Shown here piece by piece: positions 36,392 to 44,620 of a stretch of DNA of 44,620 bases (position 1 is its first letter; every line of letters starts with the position of its first letter). The notes under the pieces were generated by a model that saw nothing but the letters and a program-made list of their open reading frames with translations, did not search any database and had not been told where the DNA came from. Source of the DNA: an uncultured bacterium (GTDB lineage: Bacteria; Hinthialibacterota; Hinthialibacteria; Hinthialibacterales; Hinthialibacteraceae). A program made the position numbers and the translations under genes. Where the stretch lies: contig CAYVAZ010000004.1 in NCBI GenBank assembly GCA_964449065.1, forward strand, positions 1 through 44,620. The letters run 5' to 3'.

Positions 36392-37345
36392 ATGGAAAAA
36401 ATCTGGAACCTGCCGGTTGTTGAATACCAACCGATTCAAGAAATTGATGAACCGGCTGATGCGGCTTTGATCTTCACTAAAACCGCTTTGGATGCGGTAG
36501 AGAGCAAACTTCCTTTCACCCCGGTTTGGAAAGCGGAAGTGACGCTGGCGGAAGAAGAACACTGGCAGCAAGTGATGCGTGGTATAGAGGGTGAGGTAGT
36601 CTATTCTATTGGAGGAGGGCTGGCGGTAGACGCGGCAAAGTATATCGCGCACCAAAAAAATATGCCGCTGAAATGCATCCCCACCGCCATGTCGGTCGAT
36701 GCCTTTTTTACCTGGGCATCCGGTTACCGCCTGGATGGATGCGTGAAATACCTCGAAACCAAACCCCCGAATGTCACCTATATTGATTTGGACGTATTGG
36801 CGCAGGCGCCGCAAACCATTAAGGCGGCGGGCATTTGTGATGTATTATCGATCGCGACCGGTAATTGGGACTGGAAGTACGCGCACGAAACCAACCGGCT
36901 GGACGAAGAAACCCGTTTTATCCCGTATGTGTATGACAATGCGCAAAGCATTTTAGCTGGCACGTTGGATTGCGCCGAAGCCGCTGGCCGGGGAGACCGC
37001 GCGGGCATGAAACAACTCATCGATTGCCTTGCGCTGGAAGTTCAACTCTGCAATCAAATCGGCCATTCCCGCCCGGAAGAGGGAAGCGAACACTACTTCG
37101 CCTATTCGGTCGAGAATGCGATGGGCAAAGGGCTGCCCCACGGCGATTTAGTCGGGCCGGGAATACTGAAAATGGCGGAGATTCAAGGGCAGCGGGTAAA
37201 GCCTCTTGAAGATGCGTTACGGGCTTGTAATATTCCACTCAATTCCATACCGAACGATATCATACAACAAACACTGAAAGATCTGCCCGCGTATTGCCAA
37301 ACGCATCACCTGCCTTTTGGAATCGCGCATACCCTTAATTCATAA
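36392..37345 (+). CDS. Glycerol-1-phosphate dehydrogenase-like enzyme (EgsA/AraM; DHQS-FeADH superfamily)
   Basis: GGGLAVDAAKY, PTAMSVDA, SRPEEGSEH and HGDLVG motifs. Confidence 0.75.
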   Translation: MEKIWNLPVVEYQPIQEIDEPADAALIFTKTALDAVESKLPFTPVWKAEVTLAEEEHWQQVMRGIEGEVVYSIGGGLAVDAAKYIAHQKNMPLKCIPTAMSVDAFFTWASGYRLDGCVKYLETKPPNVTYIDLDVLAQAPQTIKAAGICDVLSIATGNWDWKYAHETNRLDEETRFIPYVYDNAQSILAGTLDCAEAAGRGDRAGMKQLIDCLALEVQLCNQIGHSRPEEGSEHYFAYSVENAMGKGLPHGDLVGPGILKMAEIQGQRVKPLEDALRACNIPLNSIPNDIIQQTLKDLPAYCQTHHLPFGIAHTLNS

Positions 37346-39369
37346 TGGAAATGACGATGAAACAAATAATTCGTTCTATGTTGGTTCTCATTCCACTTGC
37401 GCTTTTCATTCATACCGCATATTGCGGAGACTTGATACTCAACGGCCTATCTGTTATCCCGCACGTTCAATCGCATGAAATGAAATATCGGCAAGAAGCC
37501 GATTTCAGCCTTGGAGCGCGGGTACAGGTTTATTTGCGGAATTCTTCACAAGAGACCGTATCATTGGATGCCGGTTCCATGATCCGCTTACGAAATGAAA
37601 CCCCACAACAGTTATTGGAAAAAGGGGAATGGTCTTGGCATGATTTGCCTTCGGCCTATGAAAACCATCCGTTAGAATTGCCTCTGCAAGCACTCACGGT
37701 TTGGTCATGGAACGGAAACGATGCCCAATGGGGTGAAGGTACAAAAGTAGATCTATCCATCCAAAACCATTTTGAGGATACCATCCAAATTCAAACACCG
37801 GATGTTTATCTTTCTTCCGTCACATTTACCGGAGAGGATCCCACTCCTAACGCCATGATTTTCCACATCACGAATGATTCCGCGTCAGAAATATCCCTTG
37901 AGTCATGCCGGTTATGGCTGCCCAAATCCAACGCGGAATGGCGAACTCTGTACGCGCAATCTTGGTTTGAAGATAGAAAAACGTTCCCGGAAAATGGCAT
38001 GATTCCCGCCAAAGAAAAGGGAATCGCAATCGTAAAAACCGGAGAATTACCACTCACCTATACAGCGCTTGAATTACGCGTGAAAGATGGGCAAGGCAAT
38101 CAAACCTCAATCTGGGCACATCTCCGCATTAAGCGTGAAGTATTTGACATCAGCGGCGGATGGGTCGCTTCCAACATCAACGGCAAGAATTCCCTCACGT
38201 TTGAGCCATACCTTAAAACCTTAAAACGAATGCACATCAACACCGGCCATATTGCGGATGTTCCCGGTTATACCGACAATCCGAAGTTGTATGAGAAATA
38301 CCCGCTCAAATATTTCAATAAACTGGATAATTTTGAGCGGTACGATACAGAGGAAATGCTGCCCCGCATTCATGCCGTTGAGTTTTTAGGTGAACCGCAA
38401 TACGGCGGCGGCACCCCTGTTCCCCCAATGGATGTTTGGAAAGCCCTCGTCCCATACCAATCTACGCGCCTGCCGACCAGCGTCACCCATAGCGAAGAAC
38501 GCATCTGGCGTTTTTATGCCGGGCTCTCCGATTACCCGCATTACGATGCCTACCGCGTAACAGCGCCTTCTGCCGATCAATGGAGTAAATATGACCGCTG
38601 GGACGGTGAACGCATCCGCTGGGCTGCCCCGTTAGAAACCATCGGCGTGATGACCCGCAGTCTACGCGACTTAAACCGCCCCATGCCCATTGCGTATTGG
38701 TCGCAGGGTGCCCATCACGACTGGGGCCATTACGGCGGGCGTGAACGGACATCCCCTACACCAGATGAACTGCGCGCGCAGGCCTATCACGCGCTGGCTG
38801 CAAGAATCACGTCACTCTATTGGTTTAATCTCAGTTTAAAATCCATTGTCAAATTCCCTGACCTCATTCAGCCAATAACCGAAATCGGACGTGAAATGAA
38901 GATGCTGGAAGACTTTTTTATTCTTGGTGATTCCTATCACTACGAACGCATCCGCGAAGACAACTCTCCCCGATGGGATGTATCCGTCATCAACGCACCG
39001 CATGGCGCCTTATTATTCGCGCTGGATTTGGATTACAAAGCCGATTTGGATCATAAAGTGTTCCGGTTTCAAGATTCACGCAAGGCTTCTATTGCATTTC
39101 CACTTCCCCCCTATCTGCATGAACCCAAACGTGTTCTTCGGGTTAGCGCGAATGGTGTTGAACCCATTGCTTTCCAAATCACCGATGAAGGTATTGAAGT
39201 CGAACAGGCATTCAATCCTTTCAATATACTTGTTGTCACCCATGATCCCGAAATGCGGGACAAGTTAGAAAGCAAACGGCAAACGCTGATTGAATATGAA
39301 AACTCGTTTGACTTTGATCCGGCTAATGATCCGGATGATTTGGCGGCGCTTCGGGAACAATTGCAATAA
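37345..39369 (+). CDS. Secreted hypothetical protein; C-terminal half possibly a glycoside hydrolase-like barrel
   Basis: 674-aa ORF; signal peptide from MKQII; Trp/Tyr-rich; PTPDELRAQAYHAL motif. Confidence 0.65.
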   Translation: MEMTMKQIIRSMLVLIPLALFIHTAYCGDLILNGLSVIPHVQSHEMKYRQEADFSLGARVQVYLRNSSQETVSLDAGSMIRLRNETPQQLLEKGEWSWHDLPSAYENHPLELPLQALTVWSWNGNDAQWGEGTKVDLSIQNHFEDTIQIQTPDVYLSSVTFTGEDPTPNAMIFHITNDSASEISLESCRLWLPKSNAEWRTLYAQSWFEDRKTFPENGMIPAKEKGIAIVKTGELPLTYTALELRVKDGQGNQTSIWAHLRIKREVFDISGGWVASNINGKNSLTFEPYLKTLKRMHINTGHIADVPGYTDNPKLYEKYPLKYFNKLDNFERYDTEEMLPRIHAVEFLGEPQYGGGTPVPPMDVWKALVPYQSTRLPTSVTHSEERIWRFYAGLSDYPHYDAYRVTAPSADQWSKYDRWDGERIRWAAPLETIGVMTRSLRDLNRPMPIAYWSQGAHHDWGHYGGRERTSPTPDELRAQAYHALAARITSLYWFNLSLKSIVKFPDLIQPITEIGREMKMLEDFFILGDSYHYERIREDNSPRWDVSVINAPHGALLFALDLDYKADLDHKVFRFQDSRKASIAFPLPPYLHEPKRVLRVSANGVEPIAFQITDEGIEVEQAFNPFNILVVTHDPEMRDKLESKRQTLIEYENSFDFDPANDPDDLAALREQLQ

Positions 39370-39454
39370 AATATTGAAATTATAGTAATAGGTCAGCCGT
39401 TTGAAGAGTGACTTCCCCTCCCAAATCAGCTGATCTTTACTCAAAAATTCAGTA

Positions 39455-39624
39455 AAGCATTTGCCAACGATATGTTCATTATGGGTAGCACCGGCTTCCA
39501 GCCGGTACGTCTATCCGTACAACTTTATGTGTTTTAGAAGGGCGGTTTTTTAGGAGGGCGAGGCTCCCGCCGAGCCAGAAGGACCGTTCATTTCAATCCA
39601 AACGTATTTTTGGCAACACCGCTA
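39455..39624. mobile_element. MITE-like element family 2, degenerate copy containing REP D and REP A
   Basis: Ends TTGCCAACGATATGTT ... AACGTATTTTTGGCAAC resemble the ends of 43443-43543. Confidence 0.55.
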
Positions 39625-39648
39625 TAAATAAGAAAAGAGAGGCGTAAC

Positions 39649-40467
39649 ATGAAAAAAACCGTAGTGATGCTATTTTATCTAGTTATTTGTGTAGCTGAAA
39701 CAAATGCCAACGAATGGCAGTTAATCTGGTCGGATGAGTTCAACAAACCCGGTCTTGCCGACCCGGCGAAATGGTCGTATGAGGTGGGAAAAATCCGCAA
39801 TAACGAAGCCCAATATTACACCAAAGCCCGCAAAGAAAACGCGCGCGTGGAAGACGGCTGTTTGGTCATTGAATCCAAAAAAGAAGACTACAAAGGCGCC
39901 AAATATACCTCCGCCAGTTTGCACACCTGGGGCAAAGCGCATGTGCTGTACGGCCGGGTGGAAGTCCGCGCGAAAATCCCGACAGGCCGGGGGATGTGGC
40001 CCGCCATTTGGATGCTGGGAGTGAACCGCAACGAAGTCGGTTGGCCTGAATGCGGTGAAATCGATATATTGGAAAACGTGGGCTTCAATCCGGATGTGAT
40101 TCACGCCAATGTGCATACCGAAAAATACAACCACACCAAAGGCACAGGGCGGGGAGACAAAATCAAAGCCGACGCTCCGTATGAAGACTTTCACATCTAC
40201 GCGATTGAGTGGTTCCCGGACCGCATCGATTTCTTTTACGACGATCAGAAATACTTTTCCGTAAACAATGACGGCGGCGGCAAAGCCAGCTGGCCTTTTG
40301 ACGCGGAACATTACTTAATTCTTAACGCAGCCATCGGCGGCGCATGGGGCGGCAAGGAGGGAATCGACGATTCCATTTTCCCGCAGATCTATAAGATCGA
40401 TTACGTCCGCGTCTACAAACAGGTTACGGAAAACGGGGAGGTTGGGTCGGTAAGGACAATAGACTAA
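39649..40467 (+). CDS. Glycoside hydrolase family 16 (laminarinase/beta-glucanase-like)
   Basis: WSDEF, WPAIWML, catalytic EIDILE and IDYVRVY; signal peptide. Confidence 0.93.
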   Translation: MKKTVVMLFYLVICVAETNANEWQLIWSDEFNKPGLADPAKWSYEVGKIRNNEAQYYTKARKENARVEDGCLVIESKKEDYKGAKYTSASLHTWGKAHVLYGRVEVRAKIPTGRGMWPAIWMLGVNRNEVGWPECGEIDILENVGFNPDVIHANVHTEKYNHTKGTGRGDKIKADAPYEDFHIYAIEWFPDRIDFFYDDQKYFSVNNDGGGKASWPFDAEHYLILNAAIGGAWGGKEGIDDSIFPQIYKIDYVRVYKQVTENGEVGSVRTID

Positions 40468-40493
40468 ACCAACACCGCTTCTTCTGTTTATCT

Positions 40494-43343
40494 TTACCCC
40501 GTGCTTTGCATGGCGGCGGCAATCCCCGTCAAACTCAGCAGGATGGATTCCCTCCACCGTTCATCGTCATGGTTTCCGTCCTCGGACATCCGGTCGCTTT
40601 GCATCAAGAGCGCCACCTGAATTTGATTGAGCACTGCAACAATTGGGTTCCGTAAATCGATGGTACGCTTCACCACGCTGGAATGCGTTTGCTGCTCTTC
40701 GCCGATAATCTTATAAATCCATTCATGCGTTTTTTCAAATTCCGTTTCAATCGCTCCATGAATTTGGTTACGCACTTCTTCCGATTGCGTCCGCGATGCA
40801 TACCAGGCGGCGGTGGGGATGTGCGTGCGCAGCAACTCCACCTTCGCGTTATCCACAATCAGGCGGAACAAATTCCATTGACGGTACATCTCTTGCAGCA
40901 AAGCAAGGTTTTTGTCACTGTCCCCCACAAAATGCTCGATCGCGCTGCCCACGCCATACCAGCCCGGTACAAGATACCGGCTTTGCACCCAGGAAAAATT
41001 CCATGGAATCGCGCGCAGGTCATCCAGCCCCGACATTTTTTTGCCCGAGCGCGAAACCGGTCGGGACGCAATGGAAAGATGGCTGATGTGCCGAATGGGA
41101 GTGGCTTCGACGAAAAATGGAAAGAAGTTGTCGTTGTCATAGATGAGTGACCGGTAGGTGGTTCGCGAAAAATCCGCCATCACCTTCATCGTGCCGGTCC
41201 ATTCATCCCGCACGGAAACGGTTTCTTCTTCGGTCGAAGCCAACAGCACCGCGCCGATGATTTGCTCCAGGTGGCGGTGAGCGATCGGCGAAAAACTATA
41301 ACGAAACGAGATGATCTCGCCCTGTTCCGTAAAGCGGATCTTGCCGTTCATGCTTTGCGGGGGCTGCGAGCGTATCGCCAAATACGCGCGGCCGCCGCCG
41401 CGTCCCACGGTTCCGCCCCGGCCATGAAAGAGACGCATTTCAATCCCATGCTCATTGAACACGTTCGCCAGCCGTTCTTGGGTATCGTGCAAATACCAGT
41501 TGGCCGTCATATACCCGCCGTCTTTGCTGCTGTCCGAATACCCCAGCATGATCTCCTGAAAATTCCCGCGTCCTTTCAAGACCTTTGAATACAGTGGATT
41601 GTTGAACAGGGATGCCATCAACCCTTCGCTGCGCTCTAAGTCATCAATCGTTTCGAACAATGGAACCACATCCAAATCGCTCTCAATAACTTGATTGCCG
41701 CCATTTGTATTTAACCGCACCAAACCGGCCTCTTTGCCCAAAACCAGCACTTCCAAAATATCGCTGATGCTGTGCGTCATGCTAATGATGTATGCTTGTA
41801 CCGATTCCGGCGCAATAATATGCTGCCCATGCCGAATCACTTCAAACACCCGCAACAAGTTCATGGCTTTGTCGGATCCGCTCCAAAAGCGCGGCAGCAG
41901 CGGGCGCGGGTCGCTTAATTCATTGCTCAAGACTTCAATCTTTTCTTCTTCGGATAATTCTTGATAGGGTCTGTCATCCGGCAAACGGTTTGCGGCGTTG
42001 AACATCTCGTTCAATACCTCTTCATGCACCGAACTATGCTGGCGAATATCCAGCGAGGCCAAATGAAACCCAAAGGTTTTCACCTGAATAATCAAATCGC
42101 CCAACGACCCATCCAACGCCAGCGATTCCACACGGCTGTCCAAAAAACTATCCTGAATCAATTCCAAATCATGCAGCAATTCCTGCCATTGCGCGTAGGC
42201 GGAGGAAGGCGGTGAAACGTATTCGCCCACACTGTCCATACTTTCCAAATCATCCAAATGGCGGAGGGTGGACCGCAATTTCGCGCGGATGCAGATCAAC
42301 TTCTGCGCGTACGGCTCATCCTGATAGCGCTCCAATAATTTCGAAGAAAGCCGCAGGGTTTGCTGATCGTCTTTTAACGAATCCCACAACGCCCGGCTGG
42401 CGGTGATTAGGCGCTCGCTTTGGGTGTATTTCCGCAGCAGGCGGTTGACCCGTTTGATGTAGATGTTGAGAACTTTTTGTTTATGATACAACAAAGTCTG
42501 CCAGGTCACTTCCGGGGTCACATTCGGGTTTCCATCCCGGTCCCCCCCCACCCAAGACCGGTAGCGCAAAAACACCGGAACCGTGAATTCCTGTTCGGGA
42601 TACACTTTTTTCAGCGCGTACTTCACATCCCGGTACAGCCACACCACCAATTCAAAAATGGTGTGCTCCACAAAATACATGGCGTTTTGCCGTTCATCTT
42701 TTACGGTGATTTCCGTCCGGTTCAATTCTTCCGTAAACCAAAGGGATGTGAGCTGCCTCTCCAAATCGTCATGCAGATATTGGGTATAGTTTAAAGGTTC
42801 ATCCAACTCACCAACCACATCGGCTTTGTTGAGATCAACCAGAATCTGCGCGATGGTTTCCAGTTTATCCAACACCGCGCGCCGCCGGGCTTCCGTGGGA
42901 TGCGCGGTTAGGGTCGGGCAAATATCCAGCCGGTTCAGCAACTCTTGAATGGAGTCCGCCGAGACCCCGTTTTGCCGAAGCTGAGTGAAAGTATCCAATA
43001 TCGATTCCGACCGCGGCTTCTCATCCGCGTTCAGTTGGCGGATGCGGTTCACCCGGATGATCTCTTTTTGTTCGGCCAAATTGAGCAATTGAAACAAAAC
43101 GGTATACGCCCGCAATATCTTTTGCAGCAATTTCGGATCTTGCAATTTCTTGATGCGCGTAAACAATTCCGCGGGAGGAACCGGTTCGGATTGTTGAAAC
43201 AGCGTTTGCGCCAATTCGGTCAGCCCTTCTTCATCATGCTGCTTCAATATCGAACCCAGCATCGTATCAACGGTTCGAATATCCCGGCAGTGGGCTTCGG
43301 ATAGCCCATACCGTTCGGGATTCAAATCCAAAAACGCCTTCAT
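40494..43343 (-). CDS. ppc: Phosphoenolpyruvate carboxylase
   Basis: TAHPTE, WVGGDRDGNP, MLGYSDSSKDGG, FHGRGGTVGRGG, LRAIPW and AAMQSTG motifs. Confidence 0.96.
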   Translation of the reverse strand: MKAFLDLNPERYGLSEAHCRDIRTVDTMLGSILKQHDEEGLTELAQTLFQQSEPVPPAELFTRIKKLQDPKLLQKILRAYTVLFQLLNLAEQKEIIRVNRIRQLNADEKPRSESILDTFTQLRQNGVSADSIQELLNRLDICPTLTAHPTEARRRAVLDKLETIAQILVDLNKADVVGELDEPLNYTQYLHDDLERQLTSLWFTEELNRTEITVKDERQNAMYFVEHTIFELVVWLYRDVKYALKKVYPEQEFTVPVFLRYRSWVGGDRDGNPNVTPEVTWQTLLYHKQKVLNIYIKRVNRLLRKYTQSERLITASRALWDSLKDDQQTLRLSSKLLERYQDEPYAQKLICIRAKLRSTLRHLDDLESMDSVGEYVSPPSSAYAQWQELLHDLELIQDSFLDSRVESLALDGSLGDLIIQVKTFGFHLASLDIRQHSSVHEEVLNEMFNAANRLPDDRPYQELSEEEKIEVLSNELSDPRPLLPRFWSGSDKAMNLLRVFEVIRHGQHIIAPESVQAYIISMTHSISDILEVLVLGKEAGLVRLNTNGGNQVIESDLDVVPLFETIDDLERSEGLMASLFNNPLYSKVLKGRGNFQEIMLGYSDSSKDGGYMTANWYLHDTQERLANVFNEHGIEMRLFHGRGGTVGRGGGRAYLAIRSQPPQSMNGKIRFTEQGEIISFRYSFSPIAHRHLEQIIGAVLLASTEEETVSVRDEWTGTMKVMADFSRTTYRSLIYDNDNFFPFFVEATPIRHISHLSIASRPVSRSGKKMSGLDDLRAIPWNFSWVQSRYLVPGWYGVGSAIEHFVGDSDKNLALLQEMYRQWNLFRLIVDNAKVELLRTHIPTAAWYASRTQSEEVRNQIHGAIETEFEKTHEWIYKIIGEEQQTHSSVVKRTIDLRNPIVAVLNQIQVALLMQSDRMSEDGNHDDERWRESILLSLTGIAAAMQSTG

Positions 43344-43442
43344 ACCTATACCCTCCACATTCCGGTGAAAGTCCTATTTTACCAGCATGTTAAAGAAATA
43401 TAGGGCACAGAGAAAGTCCAGGCTGCATGGATGGTAACGTTT

Positions 43443-43543
43443 TAGAGGAGTTGCCAAATACATGTTCGTTTTGGAAGGGCGAGGTTCCCGCCGAGCCGGA
43501 AGCACCGTTCACCTCAATCAAAACATATTTTTGACAACCCCTA
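43443..43543. mobile_element. MITE-like element family 2 carrying REP A
   Basis: 21-bp imperfect TIR at 43446-43466 and 43522-43542 (17/21 match), with TA at both flanks. Confidence 0.65.
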
Positions 43544-43551
43544 TAAAAGGC

Positions 43552-43623
43552 TGCCGTAGTGGCACATTGCATTGCGCCCCCACAACCAATACAAAAACTT
43601 CTATCCAATCCTGAAACCCTCTA
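43552..43623. mobile_element. Truncated MITE family 1 remnant (degenerate REP B plus one TIR)
   Basis: TCTATCCAATCCTGAAACCCTCTA at 43600-43623 resembles the family 1 TIR. Confidence 0.5.
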
Positions 43624-43651
43624 AAAAAACGCAGAAAACAAGAAAATAATG

Positions 43652-44332
43652 TCATTTGTCTTCCAACCGCTGCCGCTCCCGGGTCGTCGATGCGGTTGAA
43701 ATACGCTTTTCCACTTCCTTCGCGCCGGTGCGTCCCGCGGTGGTCATGCCCGGTTTATTCCGCTTCAGTTTCACGTCATTGGTATCAATATTCTGATACA
43801 GTTTCGAAGGCCCTTGCTCCAGTTCACCCTGTTTGGTAAACATCCCGGCCGTTTCCACCGGCTCCAGTTCGCCCTCCGCAATCATACGTTTCAGCAGCTG
43901 CTTCAGGATTTCTACCGCTTCTTTCAGTTTGTCTTCCCGTTCGAGGTTGGTGGATTCAAACAAATCTTCCCCTTCTTCCTGCACCCGGCCGGGGATTTCA
44001 ATCCGCTTAAAGTTATCGATCGTCAAATAGCCAACCCGTAAACACCACTCCAAATAATCTTTCTTTTTAGCGACGTATTCTTCCCATTCATATTCAAATA
44101 TCAAATGAGCGATGGTGACGCTGTTGTTGAGCGAGTGAAGATAGGTCAACAAACGCAATAGTTGCTCATAGACCCTATCCTCACAAGGAGGCATTTCTTC
44201 TTTGGGAGCAACAAGATGAAACGGCTTGAATTCCTTGAAACCGGCATCATACGTTGCGGCGAATGTACCCCCGCAGATGACGCATGGCATGTGTTTATGC
44301 GTTTGAACCTTTTGTTTTTTTGGCGGCAGCAT
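43652..44332 (-). CDS. Hypothetical protein
   Basis: 226-aa ORF; CxxC near the N-terminus. Confidence 0.65.
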   Translation of the reverse strand: MLPPKKQKVQTHKHMPCVICGGTFAATYDAGFKEFKPFHLVAPKEEMPPCEDRVYEQLLRLLTYLHSLNNSVTIAHLIFEYEWEEYVAKKKDYLEWCLRVGYLTIDNFKRIEIPGRVQEEGEDLFESTNLEREDKLKEAVEILKQLLKRMIAEGELEPVETAGMFTKQGELEQGPSKLYQNIDTNDVKLKRNKPGMTTAGRTGAKEVEKRISTASTTRERQRLEDK

Positions 44333-44467
44333 ACTGTTTATTCAAACCATTTCGTTTTGGCTAACAATATATCTATAATGGCACAAAAAACCAACAGAAT
44401 CCGTCAAATTTAATGCACTTTGTATGTTGTCATATTGCTTTACACTAAATCAAAAGGATATTTCCAA

Positions 44468-44620
44468 ATGAAAATTGAACGCATAGACACATTCCCCGTA
44501 CGCTATCCCACCAGAGGCCGCTTCAAATTTTTCGAATCACTCGACGGCAAACCACTGGGGCGCCCTGCCGTGTTAATCCGCATGACCGCCGACAACGGCA
44601 TCACCAGCTGGGGCGAGGCG
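44468..44620 (+). CDS. Mandelate racemase/muconate lactonizing enzyme family protein, partial (5' end only)
   Basis: MKIERIDTFPVRYP...VLIRMTADNGITSWGEA; AAGGA SD; runs off the window. Confidence 0.75.
   Translation, partial: MKIERIDTFPVRYPTRGRFKFFESLDGKPLGRPAVLIRMTADNGITSWGEA

Noticed and set aside
1..44620. tRNA, rRNA, riboswitch, integrase or intact transposase; the many short overlapping ORFs in the track
   Set aside because: No such genes were recognisable by eye (an Rfam/tRNAscan run would be needed to exclude RNAs); the short ORFs overlap well-supported genes and lack motifs

Overview
Bacterial draft-genome window with one 100-N gap (16185-16284). The pilin type at 12992 suggests a Hinthialibacterota/Sumerlaeota-like lineage, but this is weak inference. 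The core (14.5-36.2 kb) is a nitrogen-scavenging island containing: an alginate-export-type porin; a cyanate ABC transporter with cyanase; a nitrate ABC transporter; a single 1287-aa nitrate reductase-siroheme nitrite reductase fusion with a CysJ-like diflavin reductase; and a divergently transcribed, poorly understood redox module. That module comprises a NirB-like FAD/[2Fe-2S] protein fused to a di-heme-b-type membrane domain, an 11-heme cytochrome c, a DUF3365 heme lipoprotein, cytochrome c5 and a globin. All five transcription units are preceded by a sigma54-type GG-N10-GC motif. The flanks hold two tandem LRR genes with a pilin-like N-terminal helix, TPR, DedA, enoyl reductase, histidine kinase, bacilliredoxin, pilin, a hidden DUF3226-like pseudogene, a G1PDH-like enzyme, GH16, ppc and a partial enolase-superfamily gene. 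Intergenic regions carry several REP families and about 100-bp MITE-like shells with exchangeable cargo.
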